A stretch of DNA of 62,837 nucleotides, the filler included, from Aduncisulcus paluster (lineage: Eukaryota), in assembly GCA_024181965.1 (NCBI GenBank). It is 4 parts of 4 records of this genome, joined end to end, with 100 filler letters (N's around TTAATTAATTAA, not from the genome) between each part and the next. Parts side by side here need not be neighbours in the genome. Positions count along the whole stretch, not along the records: positions 1 to 26,387 come from BQXS01010005.1; 3 more parts are not named here. The stretch is one strand, 5' to 3'. This document shows, piece by piece, positions 1 to 12,400 of the stretch; positions within the stretch are counted from its first letter, which is position 1; each line of letters begins with the position of its first letter. The position numbers were made by a program, and so were the translations under genes. The notes beneath the pieces were generated by a model. That model saw nothing but the letters and a program-made list of their open reading frames with translations. It had not been told where the DNA came from and made no database searches.

Positions 1-3000
1 TAGATAACATATCTTTTTTATCCACTCCCGACATTAAATCAATCATTTCTGCTTGCTCTTTCTTTTTCTCTTCAGCAATATCAATTTCTTCCATAATTCC
101 ATTCATACAGCTCAAAATGAGGAGAATATCCTTTATGGAAGCCTTAACAAGTCCTTCAGAAATGCCCAAATTAACAGATAGAATCTCAGTAACACTTATT
201 TCTTCTTTTTTACCCGTTTTGGCATCAACAATGGTATCTTTTCGTTCGCCAGATCTCACTTGCCCATCGAAATCTATAGGTTTCAATATAACTGATGTTT
301 GATCTTCGGCTGATGACAAGTATTTCGTCACACCCAATGAGAATGCACGAATACTCATTCCGACAGCTATTACACTGTTTACACTGTTCATTAAACCACT
401 TAAGAAACCAACATTGAGAGTACCTAAATTGATGGAGATTATTGGAGAAGTTGGAGACAAAGGATTGGCAACAAGAGCAAGCATCGGATCGATAAGTTTT
501 ACGAACATTCTCATTTGATTGCCTAACCGAGTATTTGACGCCAATCCATTTCCCTGGAGAATGATTTGATTCTCAATATTGGTCATGAATTGTGTGTATA
601 ATGAACCCAGTGTGTCAGAATCGAAAGATACGTTTGAAAATGTGTCAGAAATAGCCAATAATAAAGATGGAAGCACCGAGAATTGTATAGAATCCATCAC
701 AATACTCATATCCATATCTCCACACTCGACCATTCGAAGAGAGACAGAGATAGAAGGCGTATGAGAGGAGTATTTATGCATCATCTCAGTGAGTGAGTTC
801 AACTTACTCACATAAAATGAAGTTAACTTCTGTTCAGAGATCTGTTGTTGATCCTCTTCGTCATGTTCCAAAAATTGTTCATCAGGGATATTATTTGGGT
901 TATATTCCACCGCACAACCATCTTCATAAGCATCATCACTCTTCTCTCTTCTTTGTTGCTGTCGAGCTTGAAGCTGTTCTTGTTCTTCGAGTTCCAATTC
1001 TCTCAAAGCAGCCATTCTTTCGTCATCTGAACTGTCATCAACATCTTCTACTTCTTTTGGAGAGGTTATATGGTCTGGGTCAACCAAAATGGCACTTTCT
1101 TCTTTGCCAAACCCTTGGAAAAACATTCGGTGGGTATCACAGACCATTGAATGTCGCATATCGGTGGCTCTAATGCCAAATATAGACACAAAGGTGTTCA
1201 TAGAACCATTCTCAAGCGAGTCATACTTCACAAAAGTGTTGGAAAGGGTGAAGAATACAAGCTCAGAGTCGAAACTGTCACGTTCTCTCAAGTGTAGTTC
1301 AATAAAACCAATAAAAACATTGGCAAACATATCATTACTCCGTGATTCTGGGTCTGAAACTGAAGCTTTACATGTTTCTGATTCCTGAAGTGATAAAAAC
1401 CCTGATTGAGTTGCATTTCTATTGGAAGTCGATAAATGTTTCAGTTTGGAACGTTCAAATGTTCGTAAAAAAGAAGTAACGACATGAGATTCTTCTGAAG
1501 TGTCACCCAAATCCTCATCTTCACGTTTTTTAATGACCTTTTGGAGCATCTTCCTTTTCTTTTCTGCTTCTCGTTCAATTCCAATTTCAGTTGACACGAC
1601 AACATTGTTGAAAACTACATGCATCAGAGCATCAAGGGACAAAGGGTTGAAAGAGAGAGAAAGGGAAGGCAGAGAGATATAAAGATCCATTGGAGAGAGC
1701 CTTATGGGACAATCCACAGCATGTTTGGCCATAAGCTGAATATATCCTTCCTCTTTCTTTCCTCCATGATCTTTGGTTTGTGTGTCAAGCTCAGCTTTGT
1801 TTTGTTGAGCAAATGAAGAAACAATCTCAGAGAATATTTTGAAATCGTTCTCCATGGGCATCTTGGCAACAATTTCAATCGGAGAAAAGGTGTCCAAAAT
1901 CTTCGAACCATTACACAGAGCACGAATACGAGGAATACAAACATCAAAACACATCATGGCTTCAATATCATCATTGTCTTCACTCTTTCTCTCTTCATCG
2001 TCACTTGAAACCACAGAGCATAAAGTGAAGAAAGAATTCACAGATATAGCATTTCCGCTGAGTACAAGACCTTTGAGTGCATTGTCTATTTGAAGTTCTT
2101 CGTTAGATTCAATGTTTTGAGGAGTATCACGTGGAATATCACGTGGAATATCTTTGTCTTTGGGATTAGTGACACTGCTGCCAAGATTTAATATCTTCTT
2201 CTCAAACTGTGAAACTCTATCATCTCTATTTTCAGTAGAATATTTGAGTTCTTCCTCTTTTCCTCGATCATGACTCACTGTTTTCCCAATAATTAGCTGT
2301 GAACCATTGGCTTGTGTATCATTGGCACGGTTAGTGTATGAATGGGTTGGATGAGAAGGAATAAAGATCGTTGGGAAATCCATATTAACAGAAACATGGA
2401 AAATAGAGGGAAGTTCCGGAGCAACAAGAATAGAACTAACGGCTGTGAATGCTCCACCAGATCCACAAGTTTCTGTTGGATTGGGATCATTATTACTGCG
2501 ATCTGAGACAGAAGAATCCGATTTCTTGACAATCGAAATATCATCACCTAAAATAAATTGTTTGATTGTTTTTTCAACACTATTCGTCGCATTATCCAAA
2601 TCATCAACCAGTTTCCCAGACATTTCAGAGATTCCTTCAATAAATTCCTCAAGAGCACACATCACAAGACAACATCCAATGTTTCCAGCAATATTCACAT
2701 CAGTGGTAAAGGAAAATGGAGATAAAGAATCTGATGGCAATACCATTGAAACACCTATAACGTTATCCTTGGGCTTAGAAGATCTACGACCTGTATTTTG
2801 ACCGTTATTCTTGTTTTTGGTACTTCCTTTGCCATGATCAACTTGGCCAATACCTCCAATATCATCCTTATTCTTTCCATTCACATCATTTCCACTTCCG
2901 TGTCCAATGAGATGGTCAAGACTGGAGCTTACACAGGGAAATAAATGATATTGCGAGTTTGGATGGGCTGAGAAAATAACACTATGGTGCATAGGAATCG

Positions 3001-4699
3001 ATGTGCATAAATCTTTGAGCCATACATTCTGCATGCCTGCATTTACACTCACAAGTGAAGCATAAAGCATAACAGAAACAGATATGGACCTCACAGAAAA
3101 AGAAAACGATGGAGAATCATTTTTATAAACTTTAATAATATCTTTTGTTTGAATATTCTGAGTTCCATTTCCCAAAGAAGTTTGTTTGTTCGTATCAAAA
3201 ATTCTTGAAGATTCTTTCTCCTTTGTTATCTTGTTACAAACAAAGGTAGTACATTTAAGAATATCTAGATCACAATCAGTTCTCTTTCGATTCCTCATTT
3301 CCTCGCACTCATATAGAGAAATATCCCATCCATCAATCTCCAAATCCATAGAAACTGAAGGATGCGACAGAGTGGATGAAGAAGCAATCAACGATGTGAT
3401 CGAAGAGACTGAAGGGGAAGGTGGGAGCGACGAGATCTTAGAGCGAAGAGACTCGACTCGATCTTTTGCTGTTCCGAGCAACGATCCAACATCAATATCT
3501 TGAAGAGTATCTTTCATTATCAGTTCATTCTTCTCTTCTTTGGTGACCTCTTGTTGCTTCTCTCCAAGTGCAGTGGTCTGCTCTCCAAGTGCAGTGGTCT
3601 GCTCTCCAGATGCCGCAATGGGCTTTGTGCTTACTCGTGGCAATACAACAGGATTTGATTGTACAGTAGTTGAATGAATATGATAATCAGGTGCCAACAA
3701 ACTGGCAGATTCAATGAAATCGAGGAGTTTCTTACAATCTTCGAGGTATATGGTATCACTAACCATCTTAACAAGACTCTCGATCAATAAAGTAAACACA
3801 TCTGGATGTAAATCGAGTTGGAACAGTCCAATCTTTAGGCCTAACTTAAGAGGACAAGAATTACTGGCTTTTGGATGGAGAGGAGAAGTGAATGCTACTG
3901 ATGCTGATACCAAAGATAGGGAATTAAATTCCTGGGCACCAAAAATATCATATCCACACCCTTGAATGGACATGTCTCTCATATTTGCANNNNNNNNNNN
4001 NNNNNNNNNTCAGGTGCCAACAAACTGGCAGATTCAATGAAATCGAGGAGTTTCTTACAATCTTCGAGGTATATGGTATCACTAACCATCTTAACAAGAC
4101 TCTCGATCAATAAAGTAAACACATCTGGATGTAAATCGAGTTGGAACAGTCCAATCTTTAGGCCTAACTTAAGAGGACAAGAATTACTGGCTTTTGGATG
4201 GAGAGGAGAAGTGAATGCTACTGATGCTGATACCAAAGATAGGGAATTAAATTCCTGGGCACCAAAAATATCATATCCACACCCTTGAATGGACATGTCT
4301 CTCATATTTGCAAACAAGCGAGCAGAAAAAGGGTGAACTCTAAATCCTCCGCTAAGTCCAGCACATTGTAACTCAAGCAATATATTCTCAGCATTCTCAT
4401 CGACTTTCTTTTGTTCCTCTTCCAATCCTTCTCCTTCATCATTTTCAAACTCTTCTGTGTCTACTGAAGACTCAAAAGAATCCTTTGAAACATCATTGAT
4501 GAGTTTAAAATCTATTTTGCTCATGAATAGAATGCAATTGATGACAGTGTGCTTGCAGACTAACTTCAGCATCTTGGATTTCTTATCCCCTTCCGTTTCA
4601 CCGTTTTCTGCAATTTTCTTAATCTCAACGTCATCATGAGCGATATTAGCTGTCTCAACCAATTTCTGAATATCTTTAAGTGTATTTGAAGAAGAAGAA

Positions 4700-4731
<32 letters not shown>

Positions 4732-7700
4732 GGAGGAAGAAGAGGATTGAGCATTATTAAGAGCTTGATCAGGTTCTGAAGTTGAACGAGAAATATCATT
4801 GTTGCCATTCTCTTCAGAATTACCTCCAACTGCGTTCCTGACTTGTCGCATGAGACCACTCAGAATAGAACCCATTACAGGTTTCATTGCGGGTAGGTTT
4901 GTATCAACACATTGCAAAGCCTTAGTACAAAGTCTCGCAATAAGCCCAAACACACGAGGAGAAAGGGAGAAAGAGATATCGGGCATCTGAACGGCAACAA
5001 CATTCTCTGTAATACCTGTTGCACGCACAAAGGAGTGGGCAAGGAAGAGAGAGAGAGAGGAAGTGAGACATATCTTATGAGAATAGAAAGGAGGGGAGCT
5101 TGTTGAAGAATCGAGATCAACAGCCCTCTCCTTATTCTCCTTATTATCTTTCTTCTCTTTCTTCTTCCCCTTTCCTCTTCTTTCCTCTTCTTCTTCCTCA
5201 AACTCTTTCATGGCCGAGAACGAGGAGAATATTGACAAATGACACGATTCCATTTGAATCACAAATATATCATACAAGGGTGCTCTTTCCGCTAATTTTG
5301 AAGACACATAAATCTCACAAACATTTTGGTCTTTCGCCATTGTCTCCCAAGAACTCAATAAAGATGTTGAAGAAGAAGGAAGAGGAGGAGCAGGAGGAGC
5401 AGTCTGTTGTTGTTGTTGCTCACGTTGGAGATCTTCACTGAAAACTCGATCTTGTCGAACATCAAGATCACCTTCGCTTGAACTTATCATTCCATCGTCA
5501 TCAAAACTATTGAAACTATCTTCTTCACCGGATGACATAGGATCAAGAAGAGAATCGCCTGCAAATGATGCGTCGGGATGCAACTGTTGTTCGATTACTG
5601 CAGAAAGTAAGGAAGAAGAACCATAAGCTTGTTTCCCTTCTCTCTGTTGTTGTTCCTTGCCATCTCTAGCAGCCTCAAGAGATTCGATATCGATATCTCC
5701 TGCTTCACCAACTTCATGCTCTTCTTCTTCCTCTTCCTCTTCTCCTTCATTCATCAGTGCATCTTCAATAAGGCTACAATCAAAGCCCCATTTTGAACCC
5801 AATGCACCACCACTCAGAGTCGATAAACTAAAAGTACCCATTTCAAGGACAATTCCAACTCCCTGGTTCAGATCAGTCAGTAAATACACAGTCGGAGCAC
5901 TTAATTGAGCAGAAATATCAAGTCTATCGTGCTTATCAATGGCATTCTCAAGAGCATTCTGTGAATAGGCAGACAAAGATCTCCACTTACTCAGGAGATA
6001 ATCAATTGAGAGAGTGGGAACAGAAGAAGTATGATCATTATTGTTGGTGCTGTTTTCCTCGCCTTCTCTTTCTTCTTCATGATGCTCTTGTTCTTTTGTT
6101 GTTGTTCTTGGAGATCCCATGCCTAACAACTCTTCTTCTGCCCTCTTCTTCAATTCCTCACGTTTCTCCCTTTTGAGTGCATTTTCCAATTGCTCTCTTT
6201 GAACTCTCTCTTCCATTTGCTGATACAATTCAATACCTCCAAAGGCACTAATCATACTGCATATAGTGCCGATATCGAGGTATATATCAATGGGTCTGAG
6301 TACAGCTGCAACGCGAAGAGAATATGTCTCACCCGGGGTTGTGGAATTAAAGACGATCGATGGTTGACGGAGTTGCTTCTTTCCACTTTCAACCTCAAGA
6401 ATAGAAGAGGAGGAAGGAATTTCCAAGCTTGTGCTATTACTATTACTATTACTCCTTACTTGGTGCTGTGAAAGAGATTTTGTTGATCCAGACAGAGACC
6501 TAGTATCGTCAACATACAACATTTTATACGCGTCATCTTTTGCAATGATAGCTCTTTCATTGTCAATGGGCTTAACATCAACAAATAAATCGATCAAAGG
6601 CTCTCCTTCCTTTGGATTCTGGGCATTCATCATATTGACTGTCTTACCCATGCCATATACACCAGAATGCATGCTGATGTCGCTCACAGAGAAGTTAGCA
6701 CACATTCCTATCTTCCTTACATTTCCAGAGATATTGATTCCACTGGCCATGAGTTCTAAGAGAGGCTTCCTAACACTGACAGAACGTCCATCGGGAAGGA
6801 TTTCATTGTGACAGCTCAAAAGGACCAAGCCAAGAGAGTGAAGATTTAGATTGAAAGAAAACATCTTGTAAGAGGGTGGAACAGGGATAACATTATACCT
6901 ACGACCTTCTTCTCCTTCTTCACCTTCTTCATTGCCGGCCCCAAACTGCAACAGACCGCCTGAAAACGATGCCAATGAAGCTCTAGAAGCGTCGAGCCAA
7001 GCTTGTTTCATTTTTTCAAACTCATGATCCATATTTGGCAAAGGAACCGACGATAAGGATACTGTTGACATTGAATCGGATATCGCTGATGGTTCATAAT
7101 CTAGAATGGAGAGATTTTCATCGTCGTCAGAGTCTGACATCTCAGACTCTCGCTCTCGCTCTCGCTCTCGCTCTCTTTCTTTTTCTCTTTCTTTCATCCT
7201 TTTCTCAAGCTTTGCAAGTTTTTCCTGTGCCTCTTTCTTGCGTTTAAGAGCTTCTTCCTGTTGTTTTTTTCTCTCTAACTTCCTTTTTGTTGTTTGTTTC
7301 TCCTTTTTTATAATTTCTTGCCATTTCTTCCTTCGTTTTTTCAAATCAGAATATTTCTTGCCAAACATATATTTAGCAATGGAATCCCTTCCATAGACTT
7401 TCTCAGCATCAGAAATAGCCTGTCTTCTAGCTTTTAGAATAGATTCTTCAGACAAAACACGTTCATATTCTTTCATAATGTTCACTTCTTCGGGAGTTAA
7501 TTTCTTCAATGAGGGAAGAAGAAGAAGAAGAAGAGGAAAGGGAAGGAGTTTTAAAAAGGCCAAGAGAACGAAGGAAATAACATGAATATCTTTTTGCCAT
7601 GACTCTCTTCTCGAGTAGTTCAAATAATTCTTTGTATGGAAATGAAGAACTTGCTCTTTTAAGATATGTTTTTCCTTTTGTACCATCATCAGTCGTCTTC

Positions 7701-9052
7701 TTTTGGTCTTCAACGTCTTCCAAATCACCTTCAAGATCACCCTTTTGAATTCCTTTTTCTTCTTTCTCTCTAGCTTGTTTTAATAACAATTCTTTAGCTT
7801 CTTTCTTTTCTTGTTCGAGTTCGTATTTTACACATTCCACAGCGTATTTCCACCAAGCGATTGCACTTGATTGTTGTTTTGGACGAGAAGAAGGGCGAAA
7901 TTTAAGCAGGACAGGAGGTTTGGCAGCAACAGTCTTCCAAAACTCAATGCTCTCCATCGTACGTTTCATTTGTAAGTTGCTAATGTTTAGTGTAACGTCA
8001 GGAATGGTGACATCAACACTAATGTGAGGAGAAAACTGTATTAATTTATCCTTCTTCTTCTCCTCTCCTTTCTTCTCAATTTCCGTCGATTGAGTTGATT
8101 CAGAACCCTTAATAAATGAGATATATTTTTGAATTTCGCTTTTGGAGGGCTTTGGAGTGATCTTGAGCTTCAAATACATGTTGACAGGTGTAAGAACAAA
8201 GGATGAAGGATCAAAGGCATGTTGCATTTGATTTAGGGCTTGTTTTTGAGATAATAACGATAAAGGAACAAATTCTGTCGCTAAATAAGCGAAAAAGTTG
8301 CATAACTGACCACGCCGATGCATGGTTTCTTTTTGAACATTTCGAATAAAACAGCGGTTCCATTTGGAATCAGTTGTCTGTAAAACCAGTTCACCAACGT
8401 TAATTCCAAGCGAGAATGATGACGGAGAGTCGATTTTGGGGAAAGAATCGAAGAGTTCATCTGGATGCTGATCAGAGGGTAGTTCTCCAAGTTCTTTCAG
8501 CTTTTTAAGCTCAGATTCATGATGTTTAGCATACATTGAAGCGTAATTGCTCTTTGTGACATGCCCCACGTCCTCGATACGGACATGGACAGATCTCACA
8601 ACAATCTGGGCATTATTCATGATAATATCAACGGTAGACTCGGAAGAATCTTCTTCTTCGACAATAGGTTCACCTCCATAATCTTTTTCTTCGACAGAAT
8701 TGATTCGGGACATCTTTGATTTGAGTTCAGAAGCAATCATAGCTTCAAGTTGTTCAGCGGTATATGAGATGTTGGAGAGAGGAATTGCAACAATATAAAC
8801 ATCTTCAATAAAGATTTCAACGGGTTTGGACTTCAATGAAGTCCATGGAAGTTTGACATGTATTTTGCCCACGTTAGAATGGGCAATTTCCACAAAGGGT
8901 AAGAAATCCTGAAGCGCTTTGTTCTGTAATTGTAAATTACTGAGCTTAATTAGACCCTTTCCAATGGAAACGTCGAGGTCATCAGGGGTTAAATCCTTGA
9001 TATACATGCTAAGATACTTAGACATGAGTGATCTTGCAAGTGATTCAAACAT
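1..9052 (-). CDS. VPS13: VPS13-family bridge-like lipid transfer protein, 3'-partial; interrupted by a +1 frame break near 7500-7560 and a scaffold gap with duplicated flank
   Basis: The N-terminus MFESLARSLMSKYLSMYIKDL...LDVSIGKGLIKLSNLQL...VGKIHVKLPWTSLKSKPVEIFIEDVY is a chorein-N signature, followed by IMNNAQIVVRSVHVRIED and AWWKYA...KRY...EYERVLSEESILKARRQA. Below the 3990-4009 gap the frame reads open where spot-checked (near 3700-3400 and at 60-1). Most of the + strand ORFs at 117-3965 share one frame, consistent with antisense shadows of a single long CDS. Confidence 0.88.
3560..3608. repeat. 21-bp in-frame tandem repeat (GEQTTAL x2) within VPS13
   Basis: ctctccaagtgcagtggtctg occurs twice, followed by a partial copy. 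Confidence 0.9.
3687..4312. other. Scaffold gap (3990-4009) with a 303-bp duplicated flank; assembly artefact
   Basis: 3687-3989 matches 4010-4312 around 20 N. Confidence 0.9.
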
Positions 9053-9436
9053 TTGACCTTAATATTGATAAAAAAATAATATTTCGGGGAAATTGTTATA
9101 TAATAATGAATTGATTGTGGCAAGAAAGAGGGAATAGTATGTCATCTCTAACTAATAGATATATGAATAAATTGGTTCTCTAAAATTTAATTTGTTGTAA
9201 ATTTTTATTTTAATTTTTCTTATTGTTTCTGCGAATAAGTCCTAAATAGCGAGCCAACATTAATCCTCTCAAAACAGTCATCTAAACACATTTGAAAATT
9301 TCTTTTAACTTTCTTTTTCTTCTATTGCAATAACAAGAATAAAGAGAGCATCAAAGCAGGAATTTTAAAACGATAATCCAGACAACACTCAAAAATCATT
9401 TTTTGAGAGGTATATGCATAATTTAACGTCAATATA

Positions 9437-12400
9437 ATGAAATCTATTCAAAATTTATTACAAAAATATCAAGTTAAGACGGCTTTAGAGCTTGCACTTG
9501 ACTTGTATTCCGTAGAACCTAATTACAGTTCTGCTAGCCTGTTAGCAGAGTGTTATATCCGATCTAATCGTTATAGACAAGCTGTCATTTTGATCAAAAA
9601 GCATATTAATACATTTCCGTTAATGTCAGAAGATATTTCGAGAGCTGTTGAAAATTCAACCGAAATAGACGAAGATCCAACAAAATTCATTTTTTATCAG
9701 ATGTCATTTTGCTTATACCAACTAGGATACATGGCAGAATTTGAAGAATCTATAACAAAGTCTCCCTTTTTCACCTCATGGAAAGTTATTCGCAAAAGCA
9801 TTCGGCATTTGTTGTCTAAAAAGGATAAAGAAGGATTTCATACATTATTATCCATGCCAGGAGGTAGTGCCGGGTGGTTTATGTTTGGAAAATATCATCA
9901 TTCGAAGAATACTGCTCATGCTCAATTATGCTATAAATCCTGTATTTTATTGAACCCATGTCATATATCAGCAGTTGAAATGCTTGCTCAACTATCTCAT
10001 GAACCCATTAATCGTTCCTTATTCTCCCATGTTTCTCAGTGGATTCAAGAAGTTGAATGTATTAAAATACCAACATCTGCGGTGCATTTTGATGTTGTCC
10101 CTCAAAAAAGTGAAGAACCAGAAACGACACAAAAAATAGAACCCGTTTCTTCTCTTCCTGTTAGTGGCCAACCTCGTTCACAAGCTCCCATCATCTCCCA
10201 GCATTCTCCACAGACTTTCTCACAAAATACTCAAAGTATATCCCCCAAACAATCCACTCTCTCCCCCACCCTCTCTTCGTCCTCTACTTCTCACCATTCC
10301 TTCTCTTCCTCTTCCTCTTCTTCCTCCTTCCTCCATCCATCTTCCACCCACCCATGTGAACCTCCTCCAATCAAACTGAGGTCCAGGAGACAAGGGAGAA
10401 GGAGAACAATGGGGAGGGGAAGGGATAGTCATAGCGGACATCAGGACAGCCATAGCGCCGGACAACAGAATAGGAGAAGGAGTGTCAGTGCAAGTGTCCT
10501 AGGCAGTCCTGTTAAGAAACTTGATTTTGGCTCATCGATGCTGGACAGTTCCGATTCTTTCCCAAGAGCAGCCTCCTCCTCTTCCTCGGCTTGCGCGGCT
10601 TCCTCATCATCATTCGGTCCATCTTCCTCTTCCTCTTCCTCTTCAATGGGAATAATATCTCCAGCAACGGGGCAACGATCTCGTCCCATGCGAATAGCTA
10701 AGCATGGAGCTCAGGGTCAGAGTGTCGTTCCAGCTTCATCAACACTCAAGCGAGAACAGAACCCTTCCCCAACTTTCTCAGTATCCCCCTTTGCTGCATC
10801 ATTCTCTTCCTCCGCCATTGAAAATGTTTCTGCAGTCCAAGTAGACTTTGTAACCCCGACTATGATGGATTTCGTGACTCCAACTATAACTTCTCTGACT
10901 GGTTCGATATTGGATTCCTCAAAAACTCACCCAGCCAGTGGAATATCTTCCTTCAAAAAACATGATCATCCAAAGGGTAAACAAGAGAAAGGAGGGAATC
11001 AACGAAACGAAAGAGAAAGGAGAGAAAGAATAGAAAGGAAAAAAGTAATGAAAGACGATTCTTCATTTTCATCCCAAACAATTCCTCTTTCTTGTTCAAA
11101 CAAGAAATCGGTCAAGATCAATGCTATTCCTCAATCTGCAACTCACCAACATTCACATTATTCCTATACGATTCCCTCTTCTTCTCCCGCCTTGACCAAT
11201 GCGCTTGTATTGATTGTAAACTCCCATACCACTCTTCTTCGACATCTTTTGGCACATTCTCCTCTTCCTAAACTATTGGATGCATTCTTCGCTGGAAATG
11301 AAACGAAATGTCCTGGAAATGGTACCAATAATGAATCCTTCTTCCACAATCCTCCTCCTGGAGTTCTTATTTTGTTATCTCGTGCTCTGTTAGCCTCCTC
11401 CTTACCTGGAACTGCTGCTCAAGTGATGATTTACTTGAAAGGAATTCTCATGAAATGTCCTCACCGAATCTTAGGGCTGAAATACTTAGCCCAAGCTCTG
11501 TGGATCCGCCGTGAAGTGAGTGCCCTCTGTGTTCTATGTGAGAGAATGGCCGTTGTCAGTGGTCTAACAGGCCGTGAGGGATGGCAAGGGACTGATTTAG
11601 CAAGGGAGCAAGTAGGTGATGTTGGATATCAGTCGTTGGGAATCATTGGTGATGCAATCGAACGTGGAATGTCTGGGATAGGTGGTGCTGGCGGATCGGG
11701 AAGTGGACTTTCTCAGAATCCAGGAANNNNNNNNNNNNNNNNNNNNTACTTGAAAGGAATTCTCATGAAATGTCCTCACCGAATCTTAGGGCTGAAATAC
11801 TTAGCCCAAGCTCTGTGGATCCGCCGTGAAGTGAGTGCCCTCTGTTTTCTATGTGAGAGAATGGCCGTTGTCAGTGGTCTAACAGGCCGTGAGGGATGGC
11901 AAGGGACTGATTTAGCAAGGGAGCAAGTAGGTGATGTTGGATATCAGTCGTTGGGAATCATTGGTGATGCAATCGAACGTGGAATGTCTGGGATAGGTGG
12001 TGCTGGCGGATCGGGAAGTGGACTTTCTCAGAATCCAGGAATAGTTACGAGAGATGGGATGAAATGGTGGATTGGTGGTGAGGAAAAAATTATTGGCAGT
12101 GTTTATATAAAGGAAAAACATCAATCACAGCACTCGAAGACAAAAGGTAGTAAGAAAGAAACGGGTTCTTACGGTCAATATGGAGTTGTTCAAGATACTA
12201 TCGGTATTGGTGGAGGTTACAATTCAACTGTTGTTCCAAGTACTATTATCCTGTCATCCAACATTGCTGCGTGCCCCTTGGTTTCTATTAACGATCATGC
12301 TGTTACGTGTGCTATGTTCTTGAGCTGTGGAATGTCGAAGCATACAACATCTCCTGCCGACGTGACCAATCTTTTCGAGCTAGCAACATTACAGGAACCT

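Noticed and set aside
117..3965. Many short + strand ORFs (and similar antisense ORFs across the window)
   Set aside because: They are antisense or off-frame shadows of long CDSs.
3687..4312. Tandem duplications within genes (also 11432-12041, 14753-15232, 33795-34368, 47958-48410, 60796-61435)
   Set aside because: Each straddles a 20-N gap with essentially identical copies, typical of unmerged scaffold overlaps.
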